Shown piece after piece: positions 1-8,807 of a stretch of DNA of 64,000 bases. The DNA is from an uncultured Verrucomicrobiota bacterium (GTDB lineage Bacteria; Verrucomicrobiota; Verrucomicrobiia; Limisphaerales; UBA9464), in the NCBI GenBank assembly GCA_903842505.1, contig CAIMMI010000051.1, positions 3,290 to 67,289 of the forward strand. The letters run 5' to 3'. The notes beneath the pieces were generated by a model. The model saw nothing but the letters and a program-made list of their open reading frames with translations, ran no database searches and was not told where the DNA came from. The stretch's first letter is position 1, and every line of letters begins with the position of its first letter. The translations under genes and the position numbers were made by a program.

Positions 1-1
1 G

Positions 2-646
2 ACGCCGGATCCAAGGTTGGCCTCGGCGATCTACGACCAGGTGGCGCAGGAGGTCCGGCTGATCAACAACATGAAGTCCTTCGAGAAGTTCTGCACGGAG
101 GGTTCGCTGCCCGACCTCGAACCGGCGACCGTCGAGGGATTTCGAGACCAGATCGCGTCTAACTTCACCAACGCGCAGGTGAGCGTGGAGCCGAGCGAGA
201 AGGGCGACTCGGTGGCGGTGGAGATCGTGCTGCCAGACCGGACGATCTCGAACAAGCTGAAGGTGATCCCGCCCGGGGCGGAGGAGGCCGAGGAAGTAAA
301 GGCGAAGTTCGTGCCGTTCCCGGTGGCCCTGCCGGAGGATCCGGGCCTGTTCTGGATCCTGGCACGGCGCGAGAACATCGGGCCGGACGAGGCGGGCATC
401 TTCCTTTCGAACGTCGAGCAGGAGTACTGGGAGTCGAAGGCGGGCCAGAAGGCGCAGAAGGATCGGGTGGAGAAGTCATTCGCGGAGTTCATCCAGCGGG
501 TGCCGGCAGCGGCCCTGGCGGACCGCGGCTTGAAGCGGCACTACAAGGACCCGGAACCCTGCAAGATCCTGCACCGGGGGCCGGCGAAGAGTCAGGCCGA
601 TCCGTCGGATCGGACGGATCTTGCGGAGGGTGAAGAGGGCAACTGA
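2..646 (+). CDS. hypothetical protein (5' end outside window)
   Basis: The frame is open from the window edge to TGA 644-646. Composition is ordinary and not low-complexity, and no family motif was recognised. The last ~15 codons (QADPSDRTDLAEG) read through a GATC-rich dispersed palindrome (596-620). Confidence 0.5.
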   Translation, partial: TPDPRLASAIYDQVAQEVRLINNMKSFEKFCTEGSLPDLEPATVEGFRDQIASNFTNAQVSVEPSEKGDSVAVEIVLPDRTISNKLKVIPPGAEEAEEVKAKFVPFPVALPEDPGLFWILARRENIGPDEAGIFLSNVEQEYWESKAGQKAQKDRVEKSFAEFIQRVPAAALADRGLKRHYKDPEPCKILHRGPAKSQADPSDRTDLAEGEEGN

Positions 647-694
647 GCACTTGAAAGGGAGGGGGGGGGCGTGTTCCTTGGGGGTGTTCCCACC

Positions 695-1669
695 ATGAGC
701 TTTTCCATGAACCGTCGATCCTTCCTTGTGGCTGCGGCCGGAGTGCCGCTGGTGCCGTCATTGGCGTATGCGCAGGCCGGCAAGTCCTACACATTTGGCC
801 TGGTGGCCAAGTCGCAGGGGAATGCCGTCTTCCAGGTCGCGCGGGTCGGTGCCGAGGATGCAGCCAGGGAACTGGGCGCGAAGCACGGCCTGAAGCTCAA
901 GATCGACTGGCGCACCCCGAACGAGGAAGACGCCCAGAAGCAGGCGGAGGCGGTGGAGCAGCTCGTGCTCGCCGGGGCGGATGGCATCGCGGTCAGTTGC
1001 AGCGATGCCAACAAGCTGACGGATGCGATCAACAAGGCGGTCCAGAATGGCGTGCCGGTGGCGACCTTCGATTCGGATGCGCCGGCTTCAAAGCGCTTCG
1101 TCACGTACGGCGTCGACGACGAGAAGTGCGGCGAGCAGGTGATGGTGGAGTTGGCGAAGGAGATGGGGGATCGCGGCGTGGTGGCGATCCTCGCCGGCAA
1201 CCAGAACGCACCCAACCTGCAGAAGCGCGTCTCGGGCGTGAAGAAGGAGGCGGCGAAGCATGCCGGGATCAAGATCCGCGAGACCTTCTACCACAAGGAG
1301 ACGCCGCAGGACGCGGCGGCGGCGATCGAGCGGGCGATGCAGTCGTATCCGGACATCACCGGGTGGGCGTTGATTGGTGGTTGGCCGCTGTTCACGGAGA
1401 ACGCGCTCAAGTGGGCGCCCGGGACGGTGAAGTGCGTGAGTGTGGATGCGCTGCCGATGCAGCTGGCCTACATCCGGTCGGGGCACGTGCAGGCGTTGCT
1501 GGCGCAGCAGTGCTACATGTGGGGCTACCGTTCGATCGAACACCTGCTGAACAAGGTGCACTTCAAGAAGTCGCCGGCGGCGATCAAGGACGTGAGCCCG
1601 CTGGAGCGGATCGCGAAGGCGAACGTGGATGCCTACGCTGAGAACTGGAAGAAGTGGCTGCCCAAGTAA
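695..1669 (+). CDS. periplasmic sugar-binding protein (type I PBP, RbsB-like) with Tat-type signal
   Basis: ATG 695 gives MSFSMNRRSFLVAAAG..AYAQAG, a twin-arginine signal. The body has the layout of ribose/galactose-type binding proteins (GLVAKSQGNAVF, VATFDSDAP, AILAGNQNAPNLQKR). No permease or ATPase gene is adjacent. Confidence 0.8.
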   Translation: MSFSMNRRSFLVAAAGVPLVPSLAYAQAGKSYTFGLVAKSQGNAVFQVARVGAEDAARELGAKHGLKLKIDWRTPNEEDAQKQAEAVEQLVLAGADGIAVSCSDANKLTDAINKAVQNGVPVATFDSDAPASKRFVTYGVDDEKCGEQVMVELAKEMGDRGVVAILAGNQNAPNLQKRVSGVKKEAAKHAGIKIRETFYHKETPQDAAAAIERAMQSYPDITGWALIGGWPLFTENALKWAPGTVKCVSVDALPMQLAYIRSGHVQALLAQQCYMWGYRSIEHLLNKVHFKKSPAAIKDVSPLERIAKANVDAYAENWKKWLPK

Positions 1670-1677
1670 GAGGGGGA

Positions 1678-1827
1678 GTTCAAGTTTTCAGTTTGAAGCT
1701 CGTCGCAGACGACGCGGGGAGGCTGACGGAATTCCCGCCTCGTGACCTCGTCGGCTACCTGGTTCTGTGAGCTGGAGACTGGCGACTGGGAACTCTGCTT
1801 GGTCCCGCCTCGTTACCTCGGCGTCGG
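1678..1827. repeat. intergenic repeat mosaic (Fam-A arm, Fam-D, Fam-E, partial Fam-D)
   Basis: GTTCAAGTTTTCAGTTTGAAGC at 1678-1699; CCCGCCTCGTGACCTCGTCGGCTACC at 1734-1759; GAGACTGGCGACTGGGAACTC at 1775-1795; CCCGCCTCGTTACCTCGGCGTCGG at 1804-1827. All recur elsewhere in the window. Confidence 0.85.
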
Positions 1828-2649
1828 AGCCGGGGCCGGCAGGGCGCTGAGTTCGATGGCGAGGAAACTGAAGCCGGCCGGCAGTCGGCGTTGGAGGGTT
1901 TCCAGCGTGACCTCTTCGACCCGGGCCCCTGTGGGTGGGCGCATGGACCAGCCGGCTTCCGCAGTCGAACGTTCCACCCGGACCCGGCGGAGCCAGGCGG
2001 TCAGGTCGATGCCGGCGGCGGGATCCTGCCATCGGGTGGCCAGCGGGAGGCCGGCCGTCTGGTTGATCCAGAGGGTCAGGGTGAAGTCGGAGGAACCCAG
2101 ATAGTCGCGGGCGAGTCCACCCGGACGGATCCGGAACGGGGCGCAGGATTCGCCCTCGATCCGGACGGGCGGGAACGCCGTGGTGTCGCATCCCTTGGCG
2201 GCGACTCCGAGGAGGGATCCGGCGGCGGGGAATCCCATGGGCGAAGATCCGGTCGGGAGGCGGAGGCGGCTCCATCGGCGCGACGCGGCCTCCCAGAGCC
2301 AGGTCTGGTCGCCCATGCGTCCGAACTCGACCCGGGTCCGGTTGGTGCCTGCGGCCAGGTGCAGGCGGTCGGGGATGCGGAGGGCGAGTGAGGTGCGGAG
2401 GTTCGTGAAGCCGAGCGGGGCCTTGCCTTGGGCGACGAGTTCGAGCTCGGTGCGGACGGTGGGTGCCTGGTTCTGCCCGGATTCCAGCCAACCGGTGACC
2501 CGTTGGACCGGCGGCACCCAGGCGGGATCGGCCGCGTGGAGCCGGCAATCGAGGGCAAGGACGAGGCTGAGGATGCCGCAAAGGACGCGCACGAGTGAGA
2601 CGAGGTTGGGGCTGGGATGTAGGGCCTGCAAGGTTGGCGATGTCCTCAT
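1813..2649 (-). CDS. hypothetical secreted protein
   Basis: A 278-aa ORF with strong G/C preference at the third codon position in this frame, a hydrophobic N-terminal segment (LVRVLCGILSLVLALDC) and balanced composition. The start is uncertain: ATG 2649 lies inside repeat Fam-F copy 1, and the last codons lie in a Fam-D copy. Confidence 0.45.
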   Translation of the reverse strand: MRTSPTLQALHPSPNLVSLVRVLCGILSLVLALDCRLHAADPAWVPPVQRVTGWLESGQNQAPTVRTELELVAQGKAPLGFTNLRTSLALRIPDRLHLAAGTNRTRVEFGRMGDQTWLWEAASRRWSRLRLPTGSSPMGFPAAGSLLGVAAKGCDTTAFPPVRIEGESCAPFRIRPGGLARDYLGSSDFTLTLWINQTAGLPLATRWQDPAAGIDLTAWLRRVRVERSTAEAGWSMRPPTGARVEEVTLETLQRRLPAGFSFLAIELSALPAPAPTPR

Positions 2650-2703
2650 CGCCTTTGGAAGGGGCTTGAGAGGGCAACGAGGAGGTTGCCTCCCCGTTTT
2701 GGG
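2637..2703 (+). repeat. Fam-F 65-nt two-hairpin element, copy 1
   Basis: GCGATGTCCTCATCGCCTTTGGAAGGGGCTTGAGAGGGCAACGAGGAGGTTGCCTCCCCGTTTTGGG. Near-identical copies lie at 27316-27382 and 38069-38133. Confidence 0.9.
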
Positions 2704-2791
2704 TGGGGGCTTGGTCGCGATTCGCAGCCTGATTCGGCAGCGTTCATTCTGATGCTTGAGTAATTCATTTTAACCTGTCATTCTGTATAGT

Positions 2792-3964
2792 ATGCATCTC
2801 AAAAGAGACGCTGAAAACCTGCTCAAGGACATTCTCGAAGGCGACAAGATCGGGGTCATCCTCGGCGCCCGGCAGGTAGGCAAGACGACTTTGGTCGAAC
2901 GCGTCCTCGGCGGCCGATCCGCAGCTTTCCTCAATCTGGATGTTGAGGTGGACAAGTCCCGATTTCTGGCCGCGGCGTCCTTGTCACCGCGCGATGGCCT
3001 CCGTTCACTCGGCAGCCCGGAGGTGCTGGTGGTCGACGAGGCGCAGCGACTGCCTGAGACGTCCCGGATCATCAAGGGATGGCACGATTCCAGAGTGGCG
3101 GCAAAGGTCGTCCTCCTCGGCTCCTCTTCGCTGGATCTCCTGGACCAGGCCGCGGAGAGCCTTACGGGTCGAAACCGGAAGCTGGTGCTGCCTCCGCTCC
3201 TGTTTTCCGAGACGCTGGGTACTCAGGATTGGGCGACGTCTGGGGCGACGTCCGGTCACCTGCGGGAGCACTTCGCGCCGCAGTTGCGGACGTTCCTGCT
3301 GCAGCGGTTGAGTTTTGGCAGCTACCCCGAAATCGTGACGAGCGGAGAGCCGATCCGGTTGTTGCGTGAATTGAGTTCGGACTACCTCTGGAAAGACGTG
3401 CTCCAGGCGGGGTTGGTCAAGACGCCCGATTTGATCAAGCGACTGCTGATGCTCCTCGCCCATCAGGCGGGCTCGGAGGTGTCCGTCAATGAACTGGCGA
3501 CGCAGTTGCAGATGGCGCGTCCGACGGTGGATCGCTATCTGGACCTTTTGGAACAGACGTTCGTTATCTTCCGGCTTCCCTCCTTCAGCACGAATCCGCG
3601 GAAGGAAATCGCCAAGAGCCAGAAGGTCTTCTTTTGGGACACCGGAATCCGCAATGCCCTGCTCAGCGCCTTCTCGACGGACGTCTTCCGGCCCGACATT
3701 GGCGTGCTCTGGGAGAATTGGGTCATCGCGGAGATCGCGAAGCGCAACGCGTTGCTGGGTTCGCCGGCAGAACTGTTCTTCTGGCGGACGCGGGCACAAT
3801 CGGAAGTGGACTTGGTGGTGAAACAGGCCGGCATCCTGCAGGCATTCGAGATCAAGTGGTCGCCGCGTCGGGTTTCGGGCAAGGCCTTTCGCGAAGCCTA
3901 CGGAGTCGACGTCCAGTGCATCCATGCGGATGATCCCTTCTTCGTGGATCGATTCGATTGGTAG
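2792..3964 (+). CDS. AAA+ ATPase with C-terminal DUF4143-type domain
   Basis: Walker A GARQVGKTT and Walker B-like LVVDEAQ. Length and layout are typical of AAA_14 plus DUF4143 ATP-binding proteins. The ATG is preceded by an unusually AT-rich stretch (2750-2791). Confidence 0.85.
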   Translation: MHLKRDAENLLKDILEGDKIGVILGARQVGKTTLVERVLGGRSAAFLNLDVEVDKSRFLAAASLSPRDGLRSLGSPEVLVVDEAQRLPETSRIIKGWHDSRVAAKVVLLGSSSLDLLDQAAESLTGRNRKLVLPPLLFSETLGTQDWATSGATSGHLREHFAPQLRTFLLQRLSFGSYPEIVTSGEPIRLLRELSSDYLWKDVLQAGLVKTPDLIKRLLMLLAHQAGSEVSVNELATQLQMARPTVDRYLDLLEQTFVIFRLPSFSTNPRKEIAKSQKVFFWDTGIRNALLSAFSTDVFRPDIGVLWENWVIAEIAKRNALLGSPAELFFWRTRAQSEVDLVVKQAGILQAFEIKWSPRRVSGKAFREAYGVDVQCIHADDPFFVDRFDW

Positions 3965-3978
3965 TAGCAGGATGGGGA

Positions 3979-5793
3979 ATGCGCATGGGGCAGCGGGTGG
4001 CAATTTGGATGGGTGTCTTGGCGGTGGCGATGCTGGCCATGGGGGAAGCCCAGGCCCACGTCGGGACGCATCCGTCGGTGCACGACACGGTGGCGGGGAT
4101 CCTCGACCGGTTGGGTCGGACGCAGTCCACCAATGAGCTGAAGCGGATGAAGGTGTCGGAGGCGCTGGCGCTGATCACGGCGAAGGAGCGGGAGGTTCTG
4201 GGTTCGGAGCACGTGTTGTTCCGGGTGAACGTGCCGACGCTGGTGACGGTGTTGAAGGACTCCAAGAACACGAATGACCCCTACTGGCTGGCAGAGCGAG
4301 GGTTCGTGGCGAAGACAAATTCCGTGACCCGCGGGAGCGTGCGATTCGAGGCGTGGCAGAAGGAGTTTCCGGCGGGGTCGGTCGGGTTGGGGGTGAATTC
4401 GATCGGGGGCGGGGGCGAACACTACCTGGTGCTGGCGCAGCCTTTGAAGGCATCGGACAAGCTGGTTGTGGACGAGTTGTATCCGGCACAGTTGCGGGTG
4501 GGCGTGTTCACGAACCACATCGCGCCGTACGCGGACTTGGACGTGACGATCACGAACGTGCCGCCGGCGTTCGCGGGGATGACGATCGTGCGGACGCTCC
4601 GGGAGCGGCGGGAGGACGGCAAGTTGTTGGGGATTTTCCGATGGACCGATCACCCGAGTCGGGCGCGGCCGGATCATGTGGTCCTGACGTGGAGCGGGGA
4701 TCCGCAGACGACGCAGGCGATCCAGTGGCGGACGTCGCCGCGGGTGCGGACCGGATATGTCCAGTATGGGCGTGCGGCGGACCTGAACTCGCCGCGGGAA
4801 CGGAAGCCGGTCCGGGTGAAGGCGGTCACCGAATGGGTGAAGGACGAGCGGTTGGTGAACGATCCGTTGGTGAACCGGCACACGGTGGAGTTGACGGGTC
4901 TGGAACCGGGAACGCGGTACCTGTACTCGGTCGGGGATGGGAGCCGGGATGGTTGGGAAGAGTATCAGGAGTTCACAACGGCGCCGGAGGGGATCGTGCC
5001 GTTTTCGTTCATCTATATGGGCGATGCGCAGAACGGGTTGGACCGTTGGGGTTCACTGGTCCAGACGGCTTTCCGGGATCGGCCGGATGCGGCGTTCTAC
5101 CTGATGGCGGGCGATCTCGTGAACCGAGGTGCGCAACGCGACGACTGGGACAGCTTCTTCCACAATGCGCGGGGGATCTTCGATCGTCGGACGCTGGTGC
5201 CGGTCCTGGGGAATCACGAATACCAGGGCGGGGAACCCAACCTGTACCTGCAACAGTTCGCGTTGATGCGGAATGGACCGTCGGAGATCCCGCCGGAGCG
5301 GGCGTACAGTTTCCGGTATTCGGACGCGCAGATTGTGGTGCTGGATTCCAACCTGGCGCCTTCGAAGCAGACCAACTGGTTGGCGAAGGAGCTGTCGGGA
5401 AGCAAGGCGACGTGGAAGTTCGTGACGTATCATCATCCGGCCTACTCGTCGGCGGAGGGGCGGCAGAACGAGACGGTGGTGAAGCACTGGACGCCGTTGT
5501 TCGACAAGTACCATGTCGATCTGGTGCTGCAGGGCCATGACCACGCGTACCTGCGGACGTTCCCGATGAAGGAAGGGAAGCGGCAGGAGACGCCGGCAAA
5601 GGGAACGGTGTACTTGGTGGCGACTTCAGGAACAAAGTTTTACCCGCAGGCGAAGCACGACTACACGCAGGTGGGGATGACGAACGTGGCGACCTATCAG
5701 GTGCTGGACATCCAGATCAGCGGGAACCGGCTCAACTACCGGGCCTTCGACCTCGATGGCGTGCTACGGGACCAGTTTGTCATCGAGAAGTGA
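3979..5793 (+). CDS. secreted metallophosphoesterase, purple-acid-phosphatase-like
   Basis: Signal peptide (VAIWMGVLAVAMLAMGEAQA). The ordered calcineurin-like motifs GDAQNG, GDLVNRG, GNHEY, VTYHHP and GHDHAY are present, preceded by a beta-rich N-terminal domain. The start could be ATG 3979 or 3985. Confidence 0.85.
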   Translation: MRMGQRVAIWMGVLAVAMLAMGEAQAHVGTHPSVHDTVAGILDRLGRTQSTNELKRMKVSEALALITAKEREVLGSEHVLFRVNVPTLVTVLKDSKNTNDPYWLAERGFVAKTNSVTRGSVRFEAWQKEFPAGSVGLGVNSIGGGGEHYLVLAQPLKASDKLVVDELYPAQLRVGVFTNHIAPYADLDVTITNVPPAFAGMTIVRTLRERREDGKLLGIFRWTDHPSRARPDHVVLTWSGDPQTTQAIQWRTSPRVRTGYVQYGRAADLNSPRERKPVRVKAVTEWVKDERLVNDPLVNRHTVELTGLEPGTRYLYSVGDGSRDGWEEYQEFTTAPEGIVPFSFIYMGDAQNGLDRWGSLVQTAFRDRPDAAFYLMAGDLVNRGAQRDDWDSFFHNARGIFDRRTLVPVLGNHEYQGGEPNLYLQQFALMRNGPSEIPPERAYSFRYSDAQIVVLDSNLAPSKQTNWLAKELSGSKATWKFVTYHHPAYSSAEGRQNETVVKHWTPLFDKYHVDLVLQGHDHAYLRTFPMKEGKRQETPAKGTVYLVATSGTKFYPQAKHDYTQVGMTNVATYQVLDIQISGNRLNYRAFDLDGVLRDQFVIEK

Positions 5794-6040
5794 GGGGAGG
5801 AGTTTGAAGTTTGAAGATTCAAGTTTGAAGCGGGGGCTGGGCTTGAACCTTGAAACTTGGAACTTGGAACTCTGTAACGGCTCGTGAGGGCACCCGGCCT
5901 GCAACGGGAAGTAGGCCGCGTGCCCCCACGCGGCGTGTCATGATCGTCGCCGGGTGAGGGCACCCGGCCTACAACGGGATGTGCGGCGGGTCATGATTGT
6001 CGCCGGGTGTGGGACACTCGCCCCACCCGGCGGGAGGAGG
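5794..6040. repeat. intergenic repeat mosaic (Fam-A hairpin, two Fam-C units, Fam-B-like end)
   Basis: Fam-A arms GTTTGAAGTTTGAAGATTCAAGTTTGAAGC and GCTTGAACCTTGAAACTTGGAACTTGGAACTC; GTGAGGGCACCCGGCCTGCAA at 5884; GTGAGGGCACCCGGCCTACAA at 5954; duplicated TCATGATYGTCGCCGGG; GGGACACTCGCCCCACC at 6011-6027. Confidence 0.85.
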
Positions 6041-6041
6041 T

Positions 6042-7607
6042 TCATTGCGTGGGGCGTGCCAGGGGAAGGCGGAGGCAGGCGGCTTCGCGATCGTTGCGGA
6101 CGACAAGGAGATTTCCGGCGAGGGCGATGGGGTTCCAGGTCTTGGCATCGAAGATCCTGCGGCGGGCGAGTTCGCCGGGCCCTGTGCGGGTGGGTTGGAG
6201 GAGGCAGATTTCACCGCTCTCAGCCATCAGGACGTAGAGGTTGCCGACGAGCAGGCCCTGGCCGTGTCCGTAGCGGCCTTCCTTCCACAGGCCCTGGCCG
6301 TCGGCGAGTTCGATGCCGGCGAGGATGCCGTCGTCGAGGCCGAAGATCATGTCGCCGAGAATGGCCGGGTTGGAGAACTTGGCCTTGAGCTTCCGGGAGC
6401 TCCAGAGCTGGGTGACGGAGTGGTCGGGCCGGATCTCGAGGGCGGTGGCACCGACGTTGTAACCGGCGCTGACGAGAAGGCGATTGGTGCCGATCACGAG
6501 GGGGTTGGCGACGAGCGGCATGCCGGTGCCGAAGGGATGCTTCCAGAGTTCGCGTCCGTTTTTGGGATCCAGGGCGAGAACGGTGCGGGAACCGAAGACA
6601 ACGAGTTGCTGGGAGGATCCAATCTGGAGGAGGGCTGGGGAGCCGTAGCTGGCGCCGTGTTCGCCTCCGGACCACACGACCCGGCCGTCGGATGTGTGGA
6701 AGGCCCAGACGGAGGATTTGCCACCGGCCTGGACGATGACGAGGTCGTCGGAGACGAGCGGCGAGGAGGTGAATCCCCATTCCGGGATTCCGCAGTTGGC
6801 GAGTTGGGTGAGCGAGTGGGACCAGAGCGGTTTACCGGTGCGTCGATCGACGCAGGTGAGGTTGCCGGTGGCGCCCATGGCGTAGAGGCGATCGCCGTGG
6901 AGGGTTGGGGTCGCGCGCGGTCCCTCGCCGGCGATGGTGGTGGCGTAGCGACCGGTGGAGGCGTGGTGCCAGAGGGGCTTTCCCGTGTTCAGTTCATACG
7001 CGGTGATCCATTCCTCCAGATCGTGCTGCTCCTGGGTGTAGGCGATGCCATCGGCGACGACGAATCCGGACCACGCGGGACCGACGGGGTGGCGCCAGAG
7101 TTCGACGGGACCATTCGAGGACCAGTCGGCGGCGAGAGCGAGGTTGCGGAGGGTGCCGTCGCGGTTGGGGCCGAGGAACTGGGGGAAGTCGGAGTTTTGG
7201 GCGGGAGCCTTGGTGGACGAACCGACGTCGGCGGTGGGAGCGGACGGGACGGCGGCGACGGACTTCCAGCGGAACTCAAAGATGGGGAGCAGGTCGCCGC
7301 TGACGCCGGTGATGCGGAAGGAGGCGGCGGCCAGGACGACGGCGGAGAGGACCGAGAGGACGCCGGTGGCGCGCCATTGGCGGGGGGCGTTGGAGAGCAG
7401 GCCCCACCAGGCAAGGAGCAGCGGGGCGGTGGTGATGATCGCGGCGAGGAGCGTGAGGTTGCGCTGTTGGTGGGAGCGGGCGGGATCCATGCCAGCAACC
7501 CCGACGGCGGCGGAACCGAGGACGAGGATGACCACGGCGATCCACCACCGGATCGGGCGACGCGTGCCCGGGGTGGAGGAATCGCCGGGATGGGACATGG
7601 GCGGCAT
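6042..7607 (-). CDS. membrane-anchored PQQ-like (BamB-like) beta-propeller repeat protein
   Basis: Three N-terminal hydrophobic helices are followed by repeated propeller-blade patterns (DGIAYTQ, DRLYAMGATGNLTCVD..TGKPLW, LVIVQAGG, GRVVWS, LLVSAGY, DMIFGLDD, NLYVLMAESGEI). Confidence 0.75.
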   Translation of the reverse strand: MPPMSHPGDSSTPGTRRPIRWWIAVVILVLGSAAVGVAGMDPARSHQQRNLTLLAAIITTAPLLLAWWGLLSNAPRQWRATGVLSVLSAVVLAAASFRITGVSGDLLPIFEFRWKSVAAVPSAPTADVGSSTKAPAQNSDFPQFLGPNRDGTLRNLALAADWSSNGPVELWRHPVGPAWSGFVVADGIAYTQEQHDLEEWITAYELNTGKPLWHHASTGRYATTIAGEGPRATPTLHGDRLYAMGATGNLTCVDRRTGKPLWSHSLTQLANCGIPEWGFTSSPLVSDDLVIVQAGGKSSVWAFHTSDGRVVWSGGEHGASYGSPALLQIGSSQQLVVFGSRTVLALDPKNGRELWKHPFGTGMPLVANPLVIGTNRLLVSAGYNVGATALEIRPDHSVTQLWSSRKLKAKFSNPAILGDMIFGLDDGILAGIELADGQGLWKEGRYGHGQGLLVGNLYVLMAESGEICLLQPTRTGPGELARRRIFDAKTWNPIALAGNLLVVRNDREAACLRLPLARPTQ

Positions 7608-7678
7608 GGCGGAGATTGGGGTCGGGCAGTCCGGGATGGCAAGGCGGGCATGGTCTGCCTAGGTTCGGGTCATCGAAT

Positions 7679-8395
7679 ATGGGACATGAACGGATTCAGG
7701 CGGCGGATGACGTGGAGTTGGCCCTCGTGGCGGCGGACCGGTGGTTGGACCGGGTCGAGGCTGCGGTGAAGGCAGGACTGCCGCATCGGGTGGCTTTGGC
7801 CGGGGGGCGCATCACCAAGCGATTCCTGGCAACGGTCGCGACGCGGTCGAAGGAGCGGGGGATCAGTCTGGCCGGGGTGGACTTTTTCTGGGGGGACGAG
7901 CGGTGCGTGCCGCCGGGCGACCCCGAGAGCAACCATCGGTTGGCACAGGAGGCGTTACTGGTCCCGGCGGAGATCGCGTCGTCGCGGATTCACCGGGTGC
8001 TGGGGGAACTGGACCCGGCTTCAGCGGCGGCGTTGGCGGAGCAGGAGTTGCGTCGGGTCACCGGGGTGGAAGGGGCGGCCATGCCGGTGCTGGACCTGGT
8101 TTTCCTGGGGATGGGCGAGGACGCCCATGTGGCTTCGCTGTTTCCGGGGGCGATCGCGTCGGTGACCGAGTCGGCGTGTGTGTACGTCGGGACGACGGGG
8201 CCGAAGCCGCCTCCGCGGCGGGTGACGTTGACCTACCGTGCGTTGGCGGCGGCTCGGGAGGTGTGGGTGTTGGCGTCGGGTGCCGGGAAGGAAGCGGCGT
8301 TGCGGGCGTCTTTGGAGTCGGGAAGCCAGACGCCGTTGGGGAGGGTGCTGAGGGAGCGGGAGAAGACGATGATCCTGACGGATATCGTGGGTTGA
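7679..8395 (+). CDS. pgl: 6-phosphogluconolactonase
   Basis: Motifs VALAGGRITKRF, DFFWGDERCVP and VFLGMGEDAHVASLFPG are characteristic of Pgl/DevB. ATG 7679 was chosen over the upstream alternative start in the track. Confidence 0.85.
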   Translation: MGHERIQAADDVELALVAADRWLDRVEAAVKAGLPHRVALAGGRITKRFLATVATRSKERGISLAGVDFFWGDERCVPPGDPESNHRLAQEALLVPAEIASSRIHRVLGELDPASAAALAEQELRRVTGVEGAAMPVLDLVFLGMGEDAHVASLFPGAIASVTESACVYVGTTGPKPPPRRVTLTYRALAAAREVWVLASGAGKEAALRASLESGSQTPLGRVLREREKTMILTDIVG

Positions 8396-8625
8396 AGGCG
8401 GGAAAGTTTTCAGTTTCAAGTTTCAAGCGGGGACAGGCCCCAGCGAGAGGTGGGGCGAGTGTCCTCACGAGCCGATTTCGGCCCGCTTCAAGCCTGAACC
8501 TGAGAACCTCGGGCTTTGGAACGGCTCGACGGAGTCTCGCCCCACCTTTCTGGCGGGCTTGAAACTTGAATCTTGAACCTTGGGACTTGGTTCAAACTTG
8601 GGACTTGGCCCACCACTTCGCCCCA
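8396..8625. repeat. intergenic repeat mosaic (Fam-A arms, inverted Fam-B variant, Fam-B)
   Basis: GTTTTCAGTTTCAAGTTTCAAGC; GGTGGGGCGAGTGTCCTCACGAGCC at 8449-8473; GGCTCGACGGAGTCTCGCCCCACC at 8523-8546; GCTTGAAACTTGAATCTTGAACCTTGGGACTTGG. Confidence 0.85.
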
Positions 8626-8807
8626 GGATGGAAATGGTTTTGAACAGTTCCGAGAGGAACCCGTCGATAGTTCCGTTGGTTGGTTGGGTGTCCGCTAAGG
8701 GTTGGCACAGGGGTCTTGCTTGGCGGTGGGGTGCGGACACGCTGTCTCCAGTTGGCTCCACCGCCGATCTGAGCGCCCAGGTGAGGGCGTCGTTGACCTC
8801 ATCACCA

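Noticed and set aside
1688-2677. 329-aa ORF in the alternative - strand frame
   Set aside because: Its composition is extremely P/R/G/H-rich, and its start is a TTG inside Fam-F. The overlapping 1813-2649 frame has the expected third-position G/C bias and a plausible protein sequence.
5954-6388. Small or medium ORFs seeded by repeats, such as MRAPGLQRDV.. at 5954, MRAPGLQWTF.. at 19330-20820 (- strand), MGRDSVEP.. at 43881 and 24125-24310, and MPSQA.SKGDEDIA.. at 1688-2677 and 37606-38109
   Set aside because: Identical peptide starts arise wherever the same DNA repeat occurs, in either orientation. The remainder of each ORF is R/P/G-rich or antisense to a real gene.
5997-7769. 590-aa + strand ORF, and other long alternative-frame or antisense ORFs such as 12393-14615, 21204-22439, 22656-24233, 25790-27181, 29945-31192, 31197-32489, 51595-53424, 55854-57302, 3005-4003 and 3898-4881
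   Set aside because: Each lies opposite, or out of frame with, a gene that has recognisable motifs or much better composition. The products are dominated by R/P/G/A or G/E/D/V. This is expected stop-codon depletion in GC-rich DNA.
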